DNA of 64,000 nt from Dehalococcoidia bacterium (GCA_963694315.1 CAVOCU010000001.1:9276-73275), one strand, 5' to 3'; positions 26,656 to 37,026 are shown, numbered from the stretch's first letter. Notes: a model not told the origin generated them from the sequence alone. Numbers and translations are program-made.

Positions 26656-28158
26656 CTATTCCTGGGCTAGGAACATCTTGGTGAGATCTGGCTTCACCAC
26701 CTTGCCCATCGCGTTACGGGGAAGCTCTGCCACGGGAACCATGCGACTTGGCATCTTGTACGGTGCGAGCCGCTCCCGGGACCAGTCTCGCAACTCCTCA
26801 AGGGTCAAGTTACCGCCTTTTGCCAGCACTAGCGCTGCGCAGACGCGTTCTCCCCACTCTAAGTCCTCCATCCCCACAACCGCGCATTCTGCGATGGCTG
26901 GATGGTCACGCAGCACGTCTTCCACTTCCAGAGCGGAGACCTTGAAGCCCCCAGTCTTGATGATGTCTACGCTGCTTCTGCCCAGAATGCGGTATGCGCC
27001 GCCCTCTAGGATGGCTACATCGCCCGTGCGGAACCAGCCGTCTACAAACTCGGATGCAGTGGCTTCTGGCTTGCCCCAGTACTCCTGGAAGACGCAGGGA
27101 CCTTTGACCTGAATCTCTCCCGTTGCGCCTAGTTCTACAGGCAGGTTAGCCTCGTCTACCAGTCGCATTTCCACATGGGGAAGTGGTGTTCCCACAAATC
27201 CAGGCTTACGCACTCCGTTCAGCGGGTTGGAGAGAGCCATGCCTATCTCCGTCATGCCGTATCGCTCCAGCAATACGTGCCCGCTGATACCCTGCCACTC
27301 TTCCAGCGTCTGCACAGGCAACGCAGCGGAGCCGGACACCATGAGTCGCAGCTTTGCACACGCAGCCGTCAGCGCCTTCTGTCGTTCAGTCGATGCCGCG
27401 TTCCACGAAGTCACCAGACGTGCATAGATGGTTGGCACCGCCATGAACAGCGTCATGTTGCTGTTCTGAATGCGCTCCCACACCGCTTCAGCGTCGAATG
27501 CTGGCAGCATCTCGCAGACGGCCCCCGACCACTCTGAGCAGCCCAGCACGTTCACTATGCCGTGGATGTGATGGAGCGGGAGCACGTGCAGGATGTGGTC
27601 GTCAGCCTTCCAGCCCCAGGCTTCCACCAGGCTGGTAATTTGCGCCTCAATGGTGCTGTGGGTGGACACTACGCCCTTTGGCTTGTTCGTTGTGCCACTG
27701 GTGTAGATGATCATCGCCCTCCGCTCTGGCCCGAAAGTCGGTAGCGGCCCTGGCGATGTTGAAAGCAACTCAGAGGTCAGCAGAAACCGCAGGCCCATGT
27801 CTTCTGCGATGGGTCTCAGTTTTGCTTCGTATGTTGAGTCTGCCACTACGATGGTTGCGCCGGAGTCCTCAAGCATGTACTCAAGCTCTGGCCCGGGGTG
27901 GGAAGTGGCAAGAGGCACCGTAACGCCACCTGCGCGCCATACGCCCCACTGGATAGCAGCGTAGTGGTAGCCAGGGGCCGTTAGGAACGCCACTCGGGTC
28001 TCCTGTAGGTCGGCAGCACCGTCCAGCAGGCAGGAGGCTATGGCGCTGGAGTCCGTCAGAAGCTGGTTGTAGGTGAATGTTCCTTCTGTCGCAATTATCG
28101 CCACCCGGTCGCCGTGCGCCTCTGCCCGGGCAATCAGGGGTATGTTGGATACGCTCAT
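26656..28158 (-). CDS. AMP-dependent acyl-CoA synthetase/ligase
   Basis: IIYTSGTTNKPKGV AMP-binding motif. Start ATG 28158 behind AGGAGA; the track ORF is extended to 28209. Confidence 0.9.
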   Translation of the reverse strand: MSVSNIPLIARAEAHGDRVAIIATEGTFTYNQLLTDSSAIASCLLDGAADLQETRVAFLTAPGYHYAAIQWGVWRAGGVTVPLATSHPGPELEYMLEDSGATIVVADSTYEAKLRPIAEDMGLRFLLTSELLSTSPGPLPTFGPERRAMIIYTSGTTNKPKGVVSTHSTIEAQITSLVEAWGWKADDHILHVLPLHHIHGIVNVLGCSEWSGAVCEMLPAFDAEAVWERIQNSNMTLFMAVPTIYARLVTSWNAASTERQKALTAACAKLRLMVSGSAALPVQTLEEWQGISGHVLLERYGMTEIGMALSNPLNGVRKPGFVGTPLPHVEMRLVDEANLPVELGATGEIQVKGPCVFQEYWGKPEATASEFVDGWFRTGDVAILEGGAYRILGRSSVDIIKTGGFKVSALEVEDVLRDHPAIAECAVVGMEDLEWGERVCAALVLAKGGNLTLEELRDWSRERLAPYKMPSRMVPVAELPRNAMGKVVKPDLTKMFLAQE

Positions 28159-28240
28159 GGAATCTCCTATAACATTTGTGGATGCTGGCCCCTGCAAAGG
28201 GGCCAGCATCCACGTTTAACCCGGTAGAGTGCGGGAATAG

Positions 28241-29872
28241 TTACTTCCCGGAAAATACGTAGAATTCCTTGGTGATAATCTCCAAAACCGCAGTCTGTCC
28301 GGAATTGATCTTCGCGACACACCGCTTGATGGCTGGAGCTATCTCGTTGGGGTCGGTCACCTTCTCTGTGTGAGCGCCCAGGGCAGCCGCTACGCCAGTG
28401 TAGTCTCCAGTCAGGTATTTGGTCCTGTACTTCTCTACAGATATGGGGAGGTTGTGTTCGTAGCCGCCCATTGCGCTATTGTTCATGATGACAGTCAGGA
28501 TGGGAATCTTCTCTCGAATAGCGGTCTCAATATCCATCAGCGCTGTCCCTGCCGCGGTGTCGCCCATGAAGTTGACGCACATCTTGTCAGGAGCAGCTAC
28601 CTTTGCGCCCATGGCAAGCCCTAGACCCGTGCCCAACGGAGTGGAGTTTCCCCAGCCCATGTAGGTCTTGGGGGCAACGGTCTCGTAGAAGGGAACCATC
28701 TGGTCGCGGGGGTTGCCAGAGTCGTGAGTCATGATGGTATTTGCCCGGTCCAAGGTGTTCCGAAGTTCCCAGACCACCCGGTACGGGTTGATGGGAACTT
28801 CATCGGAGGTTAGCTGCGGCATCCACTCGGCCATCCAAGCGTCCTTGGCTGTCTTTACCTCTGCGATGATGTCCTTGCCGTCCCGTCCCTTGGGGTTTTG
28901 GCTCTTAATCTCGTCGATGAGAGCCTGAAGAACCAGCTTGGCGTCGCCGATAACTGCATGGTCTATGGCGTACTCGTTGTCCAAGTCTGAACCATCGATA
29001 GTCGATTGGATGATGGTCTTGCCCTTGGGAACAGCGTAGGAGGCCAACGTCTTTTGGAAGCTGGTGCCAATACCGAATACGGTGTCGGATTTCGCTAGGA
29101 AGTCAGGAACCATCTGGGGGGCAGAGTTGCCACCGGCGCCTAGAGATAGGGGGTGGTCTTCTGGGAAGCAGCTCTTGCCCAGAGTAGTGGTCATCACCGG
29201 CGCGTTAATCAGTTCCGCCAGTTCCTTCAGCTCCGCATACGCCTCGGCAAAGAAGATGCCCTGACCGGCGTAAATGACTGGGCGATCTGAGTTCAGTAGC
29301 ACTGTTGCTACTTCCTTGATGTCTCCCGGGTCACCAGCCGACTTGTGACGCTTGACCTCTTGATACGGAAACTCTTCGTCGGTCATCTCGCCGTTCACTA
29401 CATCAGTGCCCACTTCCAAGAGGACAGGTCCTGGCTTGCCACTCCGGAGGGCGGACATTCCGCGGCGCATCATGTTGGGGACGCGCTCCGGGCTGTTTAT
29501 CTGAGCGGCCCACTTGGTGATGCCCTCAAAGTTTCGGACAGCGTCGAAGTTGGAGGAAAGACTCTCACGAGCCTGCCCTGCCTGGCCTGGCAGTATGAGG
29601 ATAGGTGAAGAGTCTGAGAATGCGTGCGCAATTCCACCGTAGGCGTGTTCAATCCCAGGGCCACCCTGGAACACACAGACTGCCTGCGGATCGCCACCGT
29701 TGGTTCGTGCATAGCCTACGGCCATAGCCACTGCGGTTCGTTCAACCCTGGAGACGATAGGCCGGATTCCTACCGCAGATGTAGCGTCAATGAGAGGGTT
29801 CTGTGGGAAGCAGAAGAGGTAGCGTACTCCCTCTTGCTTCAGAATCTTAGCGATGGCGGCGCCACCCTTCAT
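28241..29872 (-). CDS. thiamine-pyrophosphate-dependent enzyme (acetolactate synthase / sulfoacetaldehyde acetyltransferase superfamily)
   Basis: 543 aa with the TPP-binding GDTAAG...NN motif and an N-terminal Pyr domain. Confidence 0.85.
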   Translation of the reverse strand: MKGGAAIAKILKQEGVRYLFCFPQNPLIDATSAVGIRPIVSRVERTAVAMAVGYARTNGGDPQAVCVFQGGPGIEHAYGGIAHAFSDSSPILILPGQAGQARESLSSNFDAVRNFEGITKWAAQINSPERVPNMMRRGMSALRSGKPGPVLLEVGTDVVNGEMTDEEFPYQEVKRHKSAGDPGDIKEVATVLLNSDRPVIYAGQGIFFAEAYAELKELAELINAPVMTTTLGKSCFPEDHPLSLGAGGNSAPQMVPDFLAKSDTVFGIGTSFQKTLASYAVPKGKTIIQSTIDGSDLDNEYAIDHAVIGDAKLVLQALIDEIKSQNPKGRDGKDIIAEVKTAKDAWMAEWMPQLTSDEVPINPYRVVWELRNTLDRANTIMTHDSGNPRDQMVPFYETVAPKTYMGWGNSTPLGTGLGLAMGAKVAAPDKMCVNFMGDTAAGTALMDIETAIREKIPILTVIMNNSAMGGYEHNLPISVEKYRTKYLTGDYTGVAAALGAHTEKVTDPNEIAPAIKRCVAKINSGQTAVLEIITKEFYVFSGK

Positions 29873-30070
29873 AACTGCCTCCTGTTGATGTCGTAGCTAT
29901 ATAAAGACTACGCAAATGTCTCGAATAAGAGCAGGGTGAAGTGTACACCACAGGCCCGTGGGCGTCATCGTTTTTGATGCACCAATTTCCCTATATGAGG
30001 CGAAGGGACGGCACGGAGACGAAGCGCACGACCTCAAGCAACGGGCTCTGAGTTGCCCTAGCTGGAACCC

Positions 30071-30841
30071 TTATAGGTCTTTGCTCACTAAGTGGGTGTA
30101 GTACTTCCATGCACCGCCAGGGCCTGCGTTCCCTCTGGCCCGTGGCCCACCAGCAAAGTGGGCTAGATCCCCAAGGGTTGGCTGGTTGTTGGCTTCTTCA
30201 ATGTCTGCCTCTGGGATGCCGGTGTAGTTTGGCCCGGCTGCGCAGTAGGCGTACCAGTTCATCTTTGCCTGCTCTTCAAGTTGGAACATGTTCATCACAG
30301 ACTGTTCCAGGCTGGCCCCTGTGGTCACAGCGCCATGACCGCGAAGCAACGCCGCCTGCGATTCTCCAAGGGTACTTGCAACGTCCTGGCCGTCCTCTTC
30401 CGTCAAGATGAGCTTGCTGTGGGGATACACCGGCAATGGCGTTCGTACTAGGTGGATGCCCTCGTTGCACATGGGTACCAACGCCTTTTCCAGCACGCTC
30501 ATCATCGTTGTGTACCTGGGGTGCACGTGGACAATGGAGTTCACTTCCGGGTGCGCCTTGTAGATGGCAGAGTGCATCTTGATCTCAAAGCACTGTTACG
30601 ACCCGGGAGGGCTGTCTATCCAGTACCCCTCAAGGTCACAGGTGACCATGTCTTTTGGCTGCATTAACGCCAGCGCGTCAATCGCGTAGCCGCGAACCTT
30701 GACCACAAATTTGTCTGGTTCGCCGGGAACGCGCAGGCTGGCATGTCCCAGGGATGCTAGGACTCCTGTAGTTAGCCCCACCTCTGCCAGTACGCGGTTT
30801 GCTACAGCTACTTCGTATTGAACGTCATCAATCTCCACCAT
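30071..30841 (-). pseudogene. class II aldolase/adducin domain gene interrupted by an in-frame TAA (30596-30598)
   Basis: Track ORFs 30596..30841 and 30071..30577 share a frame. The joined sequence reads ...DSPPGS[TAA]QCFEIKMHSAIYKAHPEVNSIVHVHP, which matches the intact paralog at 1703. Confidence 0.7.
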
Positions 30842-30980
30842 GTCCCATCCTCCAGTGGGTTTTCTATCTGGTTGAATAGAGTTTGCTACCCGCCCGAACT
30901 CCCCGTCACGTGTAGCTGCTAAACAAGAAGGAGCCTCCGGTATGCACCAAGAGACTCCTTCTTCCTATACCTATGAAATC

Positions 30981-32309
30981 CTACGCCTGTTTGGCTGGTA
31001 TCAATTCCGGGTGCTCAACAAAGGCTTTCCGCAGGTGAGCGGTGCCCTCCATCCAGTCAACATCATTCGGAAGCACCACGTCGCCGGTGCGGACGCTGTA
31101 CGCCTCGGGGTTGTCCACCCCCGGAGGTGTCACGCCCTCCTGGAAGGCTCTGGCTGCGTTCAGCACCCGTCGCCTTGACTTGATGATCATGGAGTCGCTG
31201 GTGCCCAGTCGCTCCTTGGTGCGGTCTTCAACTGCGCCCATGCTCTCTGTGACCGCCTGATCTTGCAGGAATATCCCCGTGATGCCCGTGTAAATCTCGT
31301 TTTTCCGCTGAGCCTCACGGTCAATCTTGTAGTCGTTTGCTGCGTTTGCTGCCAGGTTCCAACGTCCCATGAACCCGGGCTGTGCAGGCAGGTAATCGGT
31401 CTGAGCAGCGCTTCCGCCTAGCACTTTGCCGTTGGCGTCTGTTCGCCGCCCCCCGCCCTGAACTCCTGGCGCGGTAGCAGTGACGCTCCAGAACATCGTG
31501 TGGGTATCGTCAATGGGCACCCACGCCCGGAAGCGCACCATCAGCCCCAGCGTTCCTGTAGGAATCTGGGTGTAGAAGGGTAGCAAGTAGTTTGCGAACC
31601 GCCAGTATGTAGAATCGTCTTCCGCCGGTCGGTATGCCGCGTACGTTACGCCGTAGTCCGTGTCCATCACGTTGTACTTGGGATGGCGTACGTTCACGGT
31701 GTAGTAGTCAACGGAGCCGGGTACCAGCGCCTTGGGGTCTGCGCTACCAAGGTGGAGGAACCCCAGGTGTGCCGTATCAATGTCGCCTTCAAGGGCCTGC
31801 ATCCAGTTGCAATTCCTCATGGTCAAAGCAATCGTGTAGTCCCTATCCGGGCGCATGTTCGCTTCTAGCTCAGGGAGAGCCGGGGTCTTTTCGCGAGTCC
31901 CCATGTACGTCCAGATAATGCCGTTCCGCTCCTGGCACTCGTAGGCCTTGATCTTCACTTTGTCTTTGAAGTTGCTCTCCGCCGGTTCCGATGGCATATC
32001 CACGCAGTTGCCGTTCACATCGAACTTCCATCCGTGATACACGCAGCGCAGCCCGCATTCTTCGTTGCGCCCAAAGAACATGCTTGCACGCCGGTGAGGG
32101 CAGAAGTTGTCCATGATTCCAACGTTGCCGTTGGTGTCCCGGAAGGCAATCAAGTCTTCGCCTAGTAGCCGTATGCGTACCGGGTCGCTATCGGGCTCCG
32201 CAAGCTCGCTCGACATGAGAGCTGGAATCCAGTACTCCCGCATCAACTCGCCCATCGTGGTGCCCGGGCCAACCTGGGTTAGCGTATCGTTATCGATTTG
32301 TGAAAGCAT
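30981..32309 (-). CDS. Rieske [2Fe-2S] oxygenase, alpha-only type (paralog 4)
   Basis: CPH-x16-CVYH plus DTAHLGFLH. Confidence 0.9.
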   Translation of the reverse strand: MLSQIDNDTLTQVGPGTTMGELMREYWIPALMSSELAEPDSDPVRIRLLGEDLIAFRDTNGNVGIMDNFCPHRRASMFFGRNEECGLRCVYHGWKFDVNGNCVDMPSEPAESNFKDKVKIKAYECQERNGIIWTYMGTREKTPALPELEANMRPDRDYTIALTMRNCNWMQALEGDIDTAHLGFLHLGSADPKALVPGSVDYYTVNVRHPKYNVMDTDYGVTYAAYRPAEDDSTYWRFANYLLPFYTQIPTGTLGLMVRFRAWVPIDDTHTMFWSVTATAPGVQGGGRRTDANGKVLGGSAAQTDYLPAQPGFMGRWNLAANAANDYKIDREAQRKNEIYTGITGIFLQDQAVTESMGAVEDRTKERLGTSDSMIIKSRRRVLNAARAFQEGVTPPGVDNPEAYSVRTGDVVLPNDVDWMEGTAHLRKAFVEHPELIPAKQA

Positions 32310-32461
32310 GTCTATCCTCCTATGAATACTCCCGCGCGAGACACACGCAGTCTAATAGGCGAGTCGGATGGGTGTCAAACGACATAATCACTGCGAGCCG
32401 CTAACGACGTTGCTATGTTGCGGTCAGGGGTAGGCCAATGGAGGTCAGGGTAGGAGTAATC

Positions 32462-32824
32462 ATGGCTGACAGCGGTATGCCTGCGGGCTCCAATATGGAC
32501 GAGGTCATCTACGAGCGAATTATCCACGATAAACCGTGGATGTGGGCGTTGGTGAGCAATACGGAGTTTCAGCCCACGCCACCTCCACAGTTCAGCACTG
32601 ACCCGTATGCGTGGTGGACGCTGGTGCATCGCATGATGGTTGATGACTGGGCCTTTGAGTTTTACTCACCCGGAGCCAAGCCACGCAGGAGTAGCGAACC
32701 TCTCACGGTGTTCTATGTGCGCGTCTCCCGCCTGAGCGACGACAAGATAGAAGAGGGGAAGGGCTTTGGCGATACCATGTGGGAGGCCACTGGCCGCGCC
32801 GTCCTGGACGCTGTCCGTAGCTAA
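32462..32824 (+). CDS. hypothetical protein
   Basis: Start ATG 32462 behind AGGAG. Trp-rich sequence with no family recognised. Confidence 0.4.
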   Translation: MADSGMPAGSNMDEVIYERIIHDKPWMWALVSNTEFQPTPPPQFSTDPYAWWTLVHRMMVDDWAFEFYSPGAKPRRSSEPLTVFYVRVSRLSDDKIEEGKGFGDTMWEATGRAVLDAVRS

Positions 32825-32920
32825 TTTGCGCCTTGCCCCGATAATCCTAGTTGGGTACCCGCAGGAACAGGGGTCAAAAGCGTGCCCTGGTTGGGTAACC
32901 GTCAGGCACAAAGCGGGGGC

Positions 32921-33373
32921 TTAGCCCCCCTGGTGGACGGCCTTCTTCAGATTCTCCGTGAACTCTTTGACCATAGAATCGGCCTTCTTCTTAATGAGAG
33001 GCTGTCCCAACTGCCCCAACCGACCCGAGAACTGCACGTCCGCGCTTAGCTGCATCCGGGTGCTCCCAGGCGATGGCTCAGTGATAATCGTATCCACTGT
33101 GGATGTCACGCCGCCGCCAATGCGCGGGTCCTTCGCCTGCGATTTCATTGACCATGTCCCTGCCACCCTGTCTTCCTCAACGGCCACCGAGCCTGCCAGG
33201 TTGAACCCGATAGGCCCAACACGGATGCGAACCGTCCCTGTATACGTACCGTCCGGCTGTAAAACCACATCCTGTATACCCGGCATCAACTCGGACGCCC
33301 GGGGGATGTCAGATAGCAGTTCCCAAACGAGGTCTTGGGGTGCGTCTATGGCCACATCGTAGTCAAACTTCAT
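32921..33373 (-). CDS. CoxG-like SRPBCC protein
   Basis: 150 aa. MKFDYDVAIDAPQDLVWELLSD is typical of CoxG. Its start overlaps the upstream stop (ATGA). Confidence 0.8.
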   Translation of the reverse strand: MKFDYDVAIDAPQDLVWELLSDIPRASELMPGIQDVVLQPDGTYTGTVRIRVGPIGFNLAGSVAVEEDRVAGTWSMKSQAKDPRIGGGVTSTVDTIITEPSPGSTRMQLSADVQFSGRLGQLGQPLIKKKADSMVKEFTENLKKAVHQGG

Positions 33374-34230
33374 GAGGCCAGTCCAAGAACCTGCTCAAGT
33401 GCTCGTCGAGTGAACACCACAGCCATGTCTCGCTTGTAGTCGGCAGAACCCCGGAAGTCGGTCAGTGGGTCAACCTGGTCGGCTACAGCCTCGGAGGCAG
33501 CACGTACTGCGTCTGGCGTCACTTGCTGGCCTAGGAGCGCAGCTTCCACTGCGGTAGCTCGGATGGGCGTTGGCGCAACGGCCCCCAATACCACCCGTAT
33601 CTCCTGGCAGACGCCGTTTTCCATCCGGGCCAGGGCCGCAACGCACACCGTGGCGTAGTCGTCTTCTGTGCGGGGTAGGAACTTCAAGTACACGGTCTTG
33701 GCCCCGGGAGTAGCTTGGGGAACAACCAACTCTGTCAGCAGTTCTCCCGGCTCCAGTGCAGATTCGTAGTAGTCCAGGAAGAGGTCGTTCACAGGCAGTT
33801 CCCGGGTACCCCGGGAGGATGTCAGCACAACGTGGGCGTCCAGTACCATCAGGGTTGGTGGTGGGTCTTGGGCAGGGTCTGCGTGGGTTAGACCGCCGCC
33901 AACCGTCGCCATGTTCCGCACCCGTACCGTTGCTACTTTGCTGTAGGCTTCTGCCAGAAGGGGTGAGTGTGCTTGCACTTCCGGGCTTAGCTCTACCTCC
34001 CGGTGCCGAGTCAGTGCGCCGATGTGTAGGCTGCCGTTGCTCTGAGAGACCCCTCGTAGGCCCGGGAGCTTGCCCAGTCCTACAAGGTGGTCTGCCAGCA
34101 CCATGTTCTGCTTCATCAGGTTCACCATAGCCGTGCCGCCGGCAATGGGTCTCGCGTCTTCCCCGTGTTCTTCCAACAGGGAAAGCGCCTCTGCAATCGT
34201 TGTGGGGGCGTGGTAGATGAAGTCTCGCAT
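33370..34230 (-). CDS. molybdenum hydroxylase FAD-binding (medium, CoxM-like) subunit
   Basis: 286 aa with the IAGGTAMVNLMK FAD-binding motif. Confidence 0.9.
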   Translation of the reverse strand: MRDFIYHAPTTIAEALSLLEEHGEDARPIAGGTAMVNLMKQNMVLADHLVGLGKLPGLRGVSQSNGSLHIGALTRHREVELSPEVQAHSPLLAEAYSKVATVRVRNMATVGGGLTHADPAQDPPPTLMVLDAHVVLTSSRGTRELPVNDLFLDYYESALEPGELLTELVVPQATPGAKTVYLKFLPRTEDDYATVCVAALARMENGVCQEIRVVLGAVAPTPIRATAVEAALLGQQVTPDAVRAASEAVADQVDPLTDFRGSADYKRDMAVVFTRRALEQVLGLAS

Positions 34231-34231
34231 C

Positions 34232-34705
34232 TTATTTGCTCGCCTTCATGATGGATTCCATGATCTGGTAGTAGCCCGTGCATCGGCACAGGTTCCCCAT
34301 CATCCACTCCTTGACCTGCTCCTCTGTGGGCGATGGGTTGCTGTCCAGAAGCGACTTTGCTGCCACAATCTGCCCGGATGTGCAGATGCCGCACTGGAAA
34401 CCGCCGTGGTCAATGAAGCTCTGTTGCAATGGGTGGAGGGTCTCGCCGTTCGCCACCCCTTCAATAGTCGTAATGTTTGCGCCGTCAGCCTGCACCGCCA
34501 GAATGATGCAAGACGCAGCAATCTCGCCGTCAATCAGTACAGTGCATGCGCCGCACACGCCCACGCTGCACGTTTCCTTGGTTCCCGTCATGTCCAGGTC
34601 GTACCGCAGCATGTCTACCAGCGTACGCCTTGCGGGCACCTTTACCTCGTGCGGCTGGCCGTTGATTGTCACCTTGACCGTGTAGAGTGCATCAGCAGTA
34701 GTCAT
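34232..34705 (-). CDS. molybdenum hydroxylase [2Fe-2S] (small, CoxS-like) subunit
   Basis: CSVGVCGACTV and CGICTSG cluster motifs. Start ATG 34705 behind AAGGA; the track ORF is over-extended. Confidence 0.9.
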   Translation of the reverse strand: MTTADALYTVKVTINGQPHEVKVPARRTLVDMLRYDLDMTGTKETCSVGVCGACTVLIDGEIAASCIILAVQADGANITTIEGVANGETLHPLQQSFIDHGGFQCGICTSGQIVAAKSLLDSNPSPTEEQVKEWMMGNLCRCTGYYQIMESIMKASK

Positions 34706-34788
34706 CTGGTATCCTTGCGCAAAGTTCTGAGCCCAAAAGTTGTAGGGAATGGTAGCCCAGGACGCTATTGCTGACAAGGGAAAAAGAT

Positions 34789-37026
34789 ATGACCACACCA
34801 AGCGCATACGGCAAGGTATTCGGACAACCACTCGCTCGTGTAGATGGCCCGGAGAAGGTGACCGGCAAGGCAAAGTACTCCGCCGATATTAACCTCCCGG
34901 GCACCCTGTGGGGCAAGTCGCTCCGCAGCCCCTACCCTCACGCTCGCATCGTAAGCATTGATATCGCGGCCGCAAAGGCGCTGCCGGGCGTCCACGCCGT
35001 CCTCACGGGCGACGATGTTCGAGGCATCCTTTACGGACGTCGACTTCGCGATGTGCCGGTGCTGGCCTGGGACCACGTGCGGTTTGCCGGTGAGCGTGTT
35101 GCTGCCGTTGCTGCCGACGACGAGGACATCGCCCAGGCTGCCATCGATCTCATAGAAGTCGAGTACGAGGAGCTACCAGCGCAGCTAAACCCCCTTGAAG
35201 CTATGAAAGACGGTGCCGCGTTTATCCACCCGGACATGGTGAGCTACATGGGTTACCCGCAGCCGCCGGAGAAGCCCTCTAACGTGTTCATCCACAGCAC
35301 CTGGGGTAAGGGTGATATCGATGCAGGCTTCGCAGAAGCCGATGTCATCGTTGAGAATACCTTCACCACTCCCAGACAGCATCAGGCGTATCTGGAGTCC
35401 CACACCTGCGTGGTCTGGATAGACGAAGACGGCGTGGCCCAGATATGGGCTTCCAACAAAGCCCCCTATAGCCTGCGACAGCAGATGTCAGACTTTTCTG
35501 AGCTTCCCCAAGAGAGCTTCCAGGTCAACTTCGCTACCATTGGCGGCGATTTCGGCGGCAAGGGCTCTCCTATGGAGGTGCCCGTTTGTTACTACCTGGC
35601 CCTCAAGAGTGAGCGTCCGGTGAAGATGGTTATGGATTACATGGACGAGTTCATGGCAGCCAACCCGCGTCACGCATCCACGTTGCAGGTGAGGACCGGG
35701 GTGAAGCGCGATGGCACAATGGTTGCTCATCACGTCCGTGGCATCTTTGATAGCGGCGCATACGGTGCGTACAAGCCCGGCGTGAACCTGATGGGCTTCT
35801 CCCACGCTGGTGGCCCTTATCGGACGCCCAACGTGAAGGTTGAGGGCATCCAGGTCTACACGAACAACGTTCCTTGCGGTCATATGCGAGGCCCGGGTGA
35901 GCCCCAGGCGGCCTTTGTCATGGAATCGCAGTTGGATATGGTGGCTCGGGAATTGGGCTTAGACCCCCTTGATGTGCGACGGAAGAACGTTGTTGGCGTC
36001 GGTGAAAAAGACGGCCTTGGCCACACTTTCGAGGGCATCAACATCAGAGAAACCATGGAAGCTGCGGTAGAGACCGGCGAATACGGCAAACCCAAGGCTC
36101 CAAACATAGGACGAGGCATTGCCCTGGGAGATAGGCCTCCCGGTGGTGGTCAGTCAACGGCAGCAGTCACCCTCAACCCAGACGGCTCTGCACTCCTCAG
36201 CACCCCGGTGTTTGAGCAGGGTACCGGCACCTACACCCTGGAGATGCAAGTAGTGGGCGAGGAGTTGGGTATCTCTATTGATCACATAGGCCTTGAGATT
36301 TGGCGCACTGGCACCGTCGATTTCGATTCCGGCGTTGGTGGCAGCCGCGTCACACGCATCGGCACCCAGGTAGCCTATGCAGCTGCCCAGGAGGTCAAGT
36401 CAGAGCTGCTTAAGGTGGCTGCATTACATCTAGGCGTCGCAGAGGACAGGCTGTCCTTCACCGATGGCGCTGTGCGTAATCGCGATACAGGTGAGAACCA
36501 TGCCTGGTACGAATTGCTGCAAAAGGCAGGCCGTTCCGTGACAGGCCAAGCTGAGTTCCAGGATTCCAGCCTTCCGGCAGTTACGGCCTACGTGGCCCAG
36601 GTAGCAGAGGTATCCGTAGACCCGGAAACAGGCCAGGTGAAGCTGCTCAGCCTATCCACCGCCCACGATGTCGGCAAAATCGTGAACCCCATCGGTCATC
36701 AGGGCCAGATTAACGGTGGCGCTATGCAGGGTATCGGCTACGCGCTTATGGAGGAGCTTGTTGTTGAGGACGGTCGCGTGACCACGTTGACCTTCGGCGA
36801 CTACAAGATTCCGACGATGGCTGACCTGCCGGAGATGCGCACCGTGCTGGTGGAGTCTGAGAGTGGCGTCGGCCCCTACAACGTCAAGAGCATCGGAGAG
36901 AACGCCACCATCCCTGTAGCTGCGGCAATAGCCAACGCTGTGGAGGACGCGGTGGGTGTGCGTATCAAAGACCTGCCCATCACGGCGGAGAAGGTCTACC
37001 GCGCGTTGCAGGCCAAGAAGCAGTAG
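34789..37026 (+). CDS. molybdopterin-binding large subunit of a xanthine dehydrogenase/aldehyde oxidase family hydroxylase
   Basis: About 745 aa with VDGPEKVTGKAKYSAD at the N-terminus and the GGDFGGKG motif. Divergent from its small, medium and CoxG partners. Confidence 0.9.
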   Translation: MTTPSAYGKVFGQPLARVDGPEKVTGKAKYSADINLPGTLWGKSLRSPYPHARIVSIDIAAAKALPGVHAVLTGDDVRGILYGRRLRDVPVLAWDHVRFAGERVAAVAADDEDIAQAAIDLIEVEYEELPAQLNPLEAMKDGAAFIHPDMVSYMGYPQPPEKPSNVFIHSTWGKGDIDAGFAEADVIVENTFTTPRQHQAYLESHTCVVWIDEDGVAQIWASNKAPYSLRQQMSDFSELPQESFQVNFATIGGDFGGKGSPMEVPVCYYLALKSERPVKMVMDYMDEFMAANPRHASTLQVRTGVKRDGTMVAHHVRGIFDSGAYGAYKPGVNLMGFSHAGGPYRTPNVKVEGIQVYTNNVPCGHMRGPGEPQAAFVMESQLDMVARELGLDPLDVRRKNVVGVGEKDGLGHTFEGINIRETMEAAVETGEYGKPKAPNIGRGIALGDRPPGGGQSTAAVTLNPDGSALLSTPVFEQGTGTYTLEMQVVGEELGISIDHIGLEIWRTGTVDFDSGVGGSRVTRIGTQVAYAAAQEVKSELLKVAALHLGVAEDRLSFTDGAVRNRDTGENHAWYELLQKAGRSVTGQAEFQDSSLPAVTAYVAQVAEVSVDPETGQVKLLSLSTAHDVGKIVNPIGHQGQINGGAMQGIGYALMEELVVEDGRVTTLTFGDYKIPTMADLPEMRTVLVESESGVGPYNVKSIGENATIPVAAAIANAVEDAVGVRIKDLPITAEKVYRALQAKKQ

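Noticed and set aside
30596-30598. The in-frame TAA in the aldolase as programmed read-through or recoding.
   Set aside because: TAA is not a known recoding signal in bacteria, no stimulatory structure is evident, and the position is a variable loop. A pseudogene or sequencing error is the more economical explanation.
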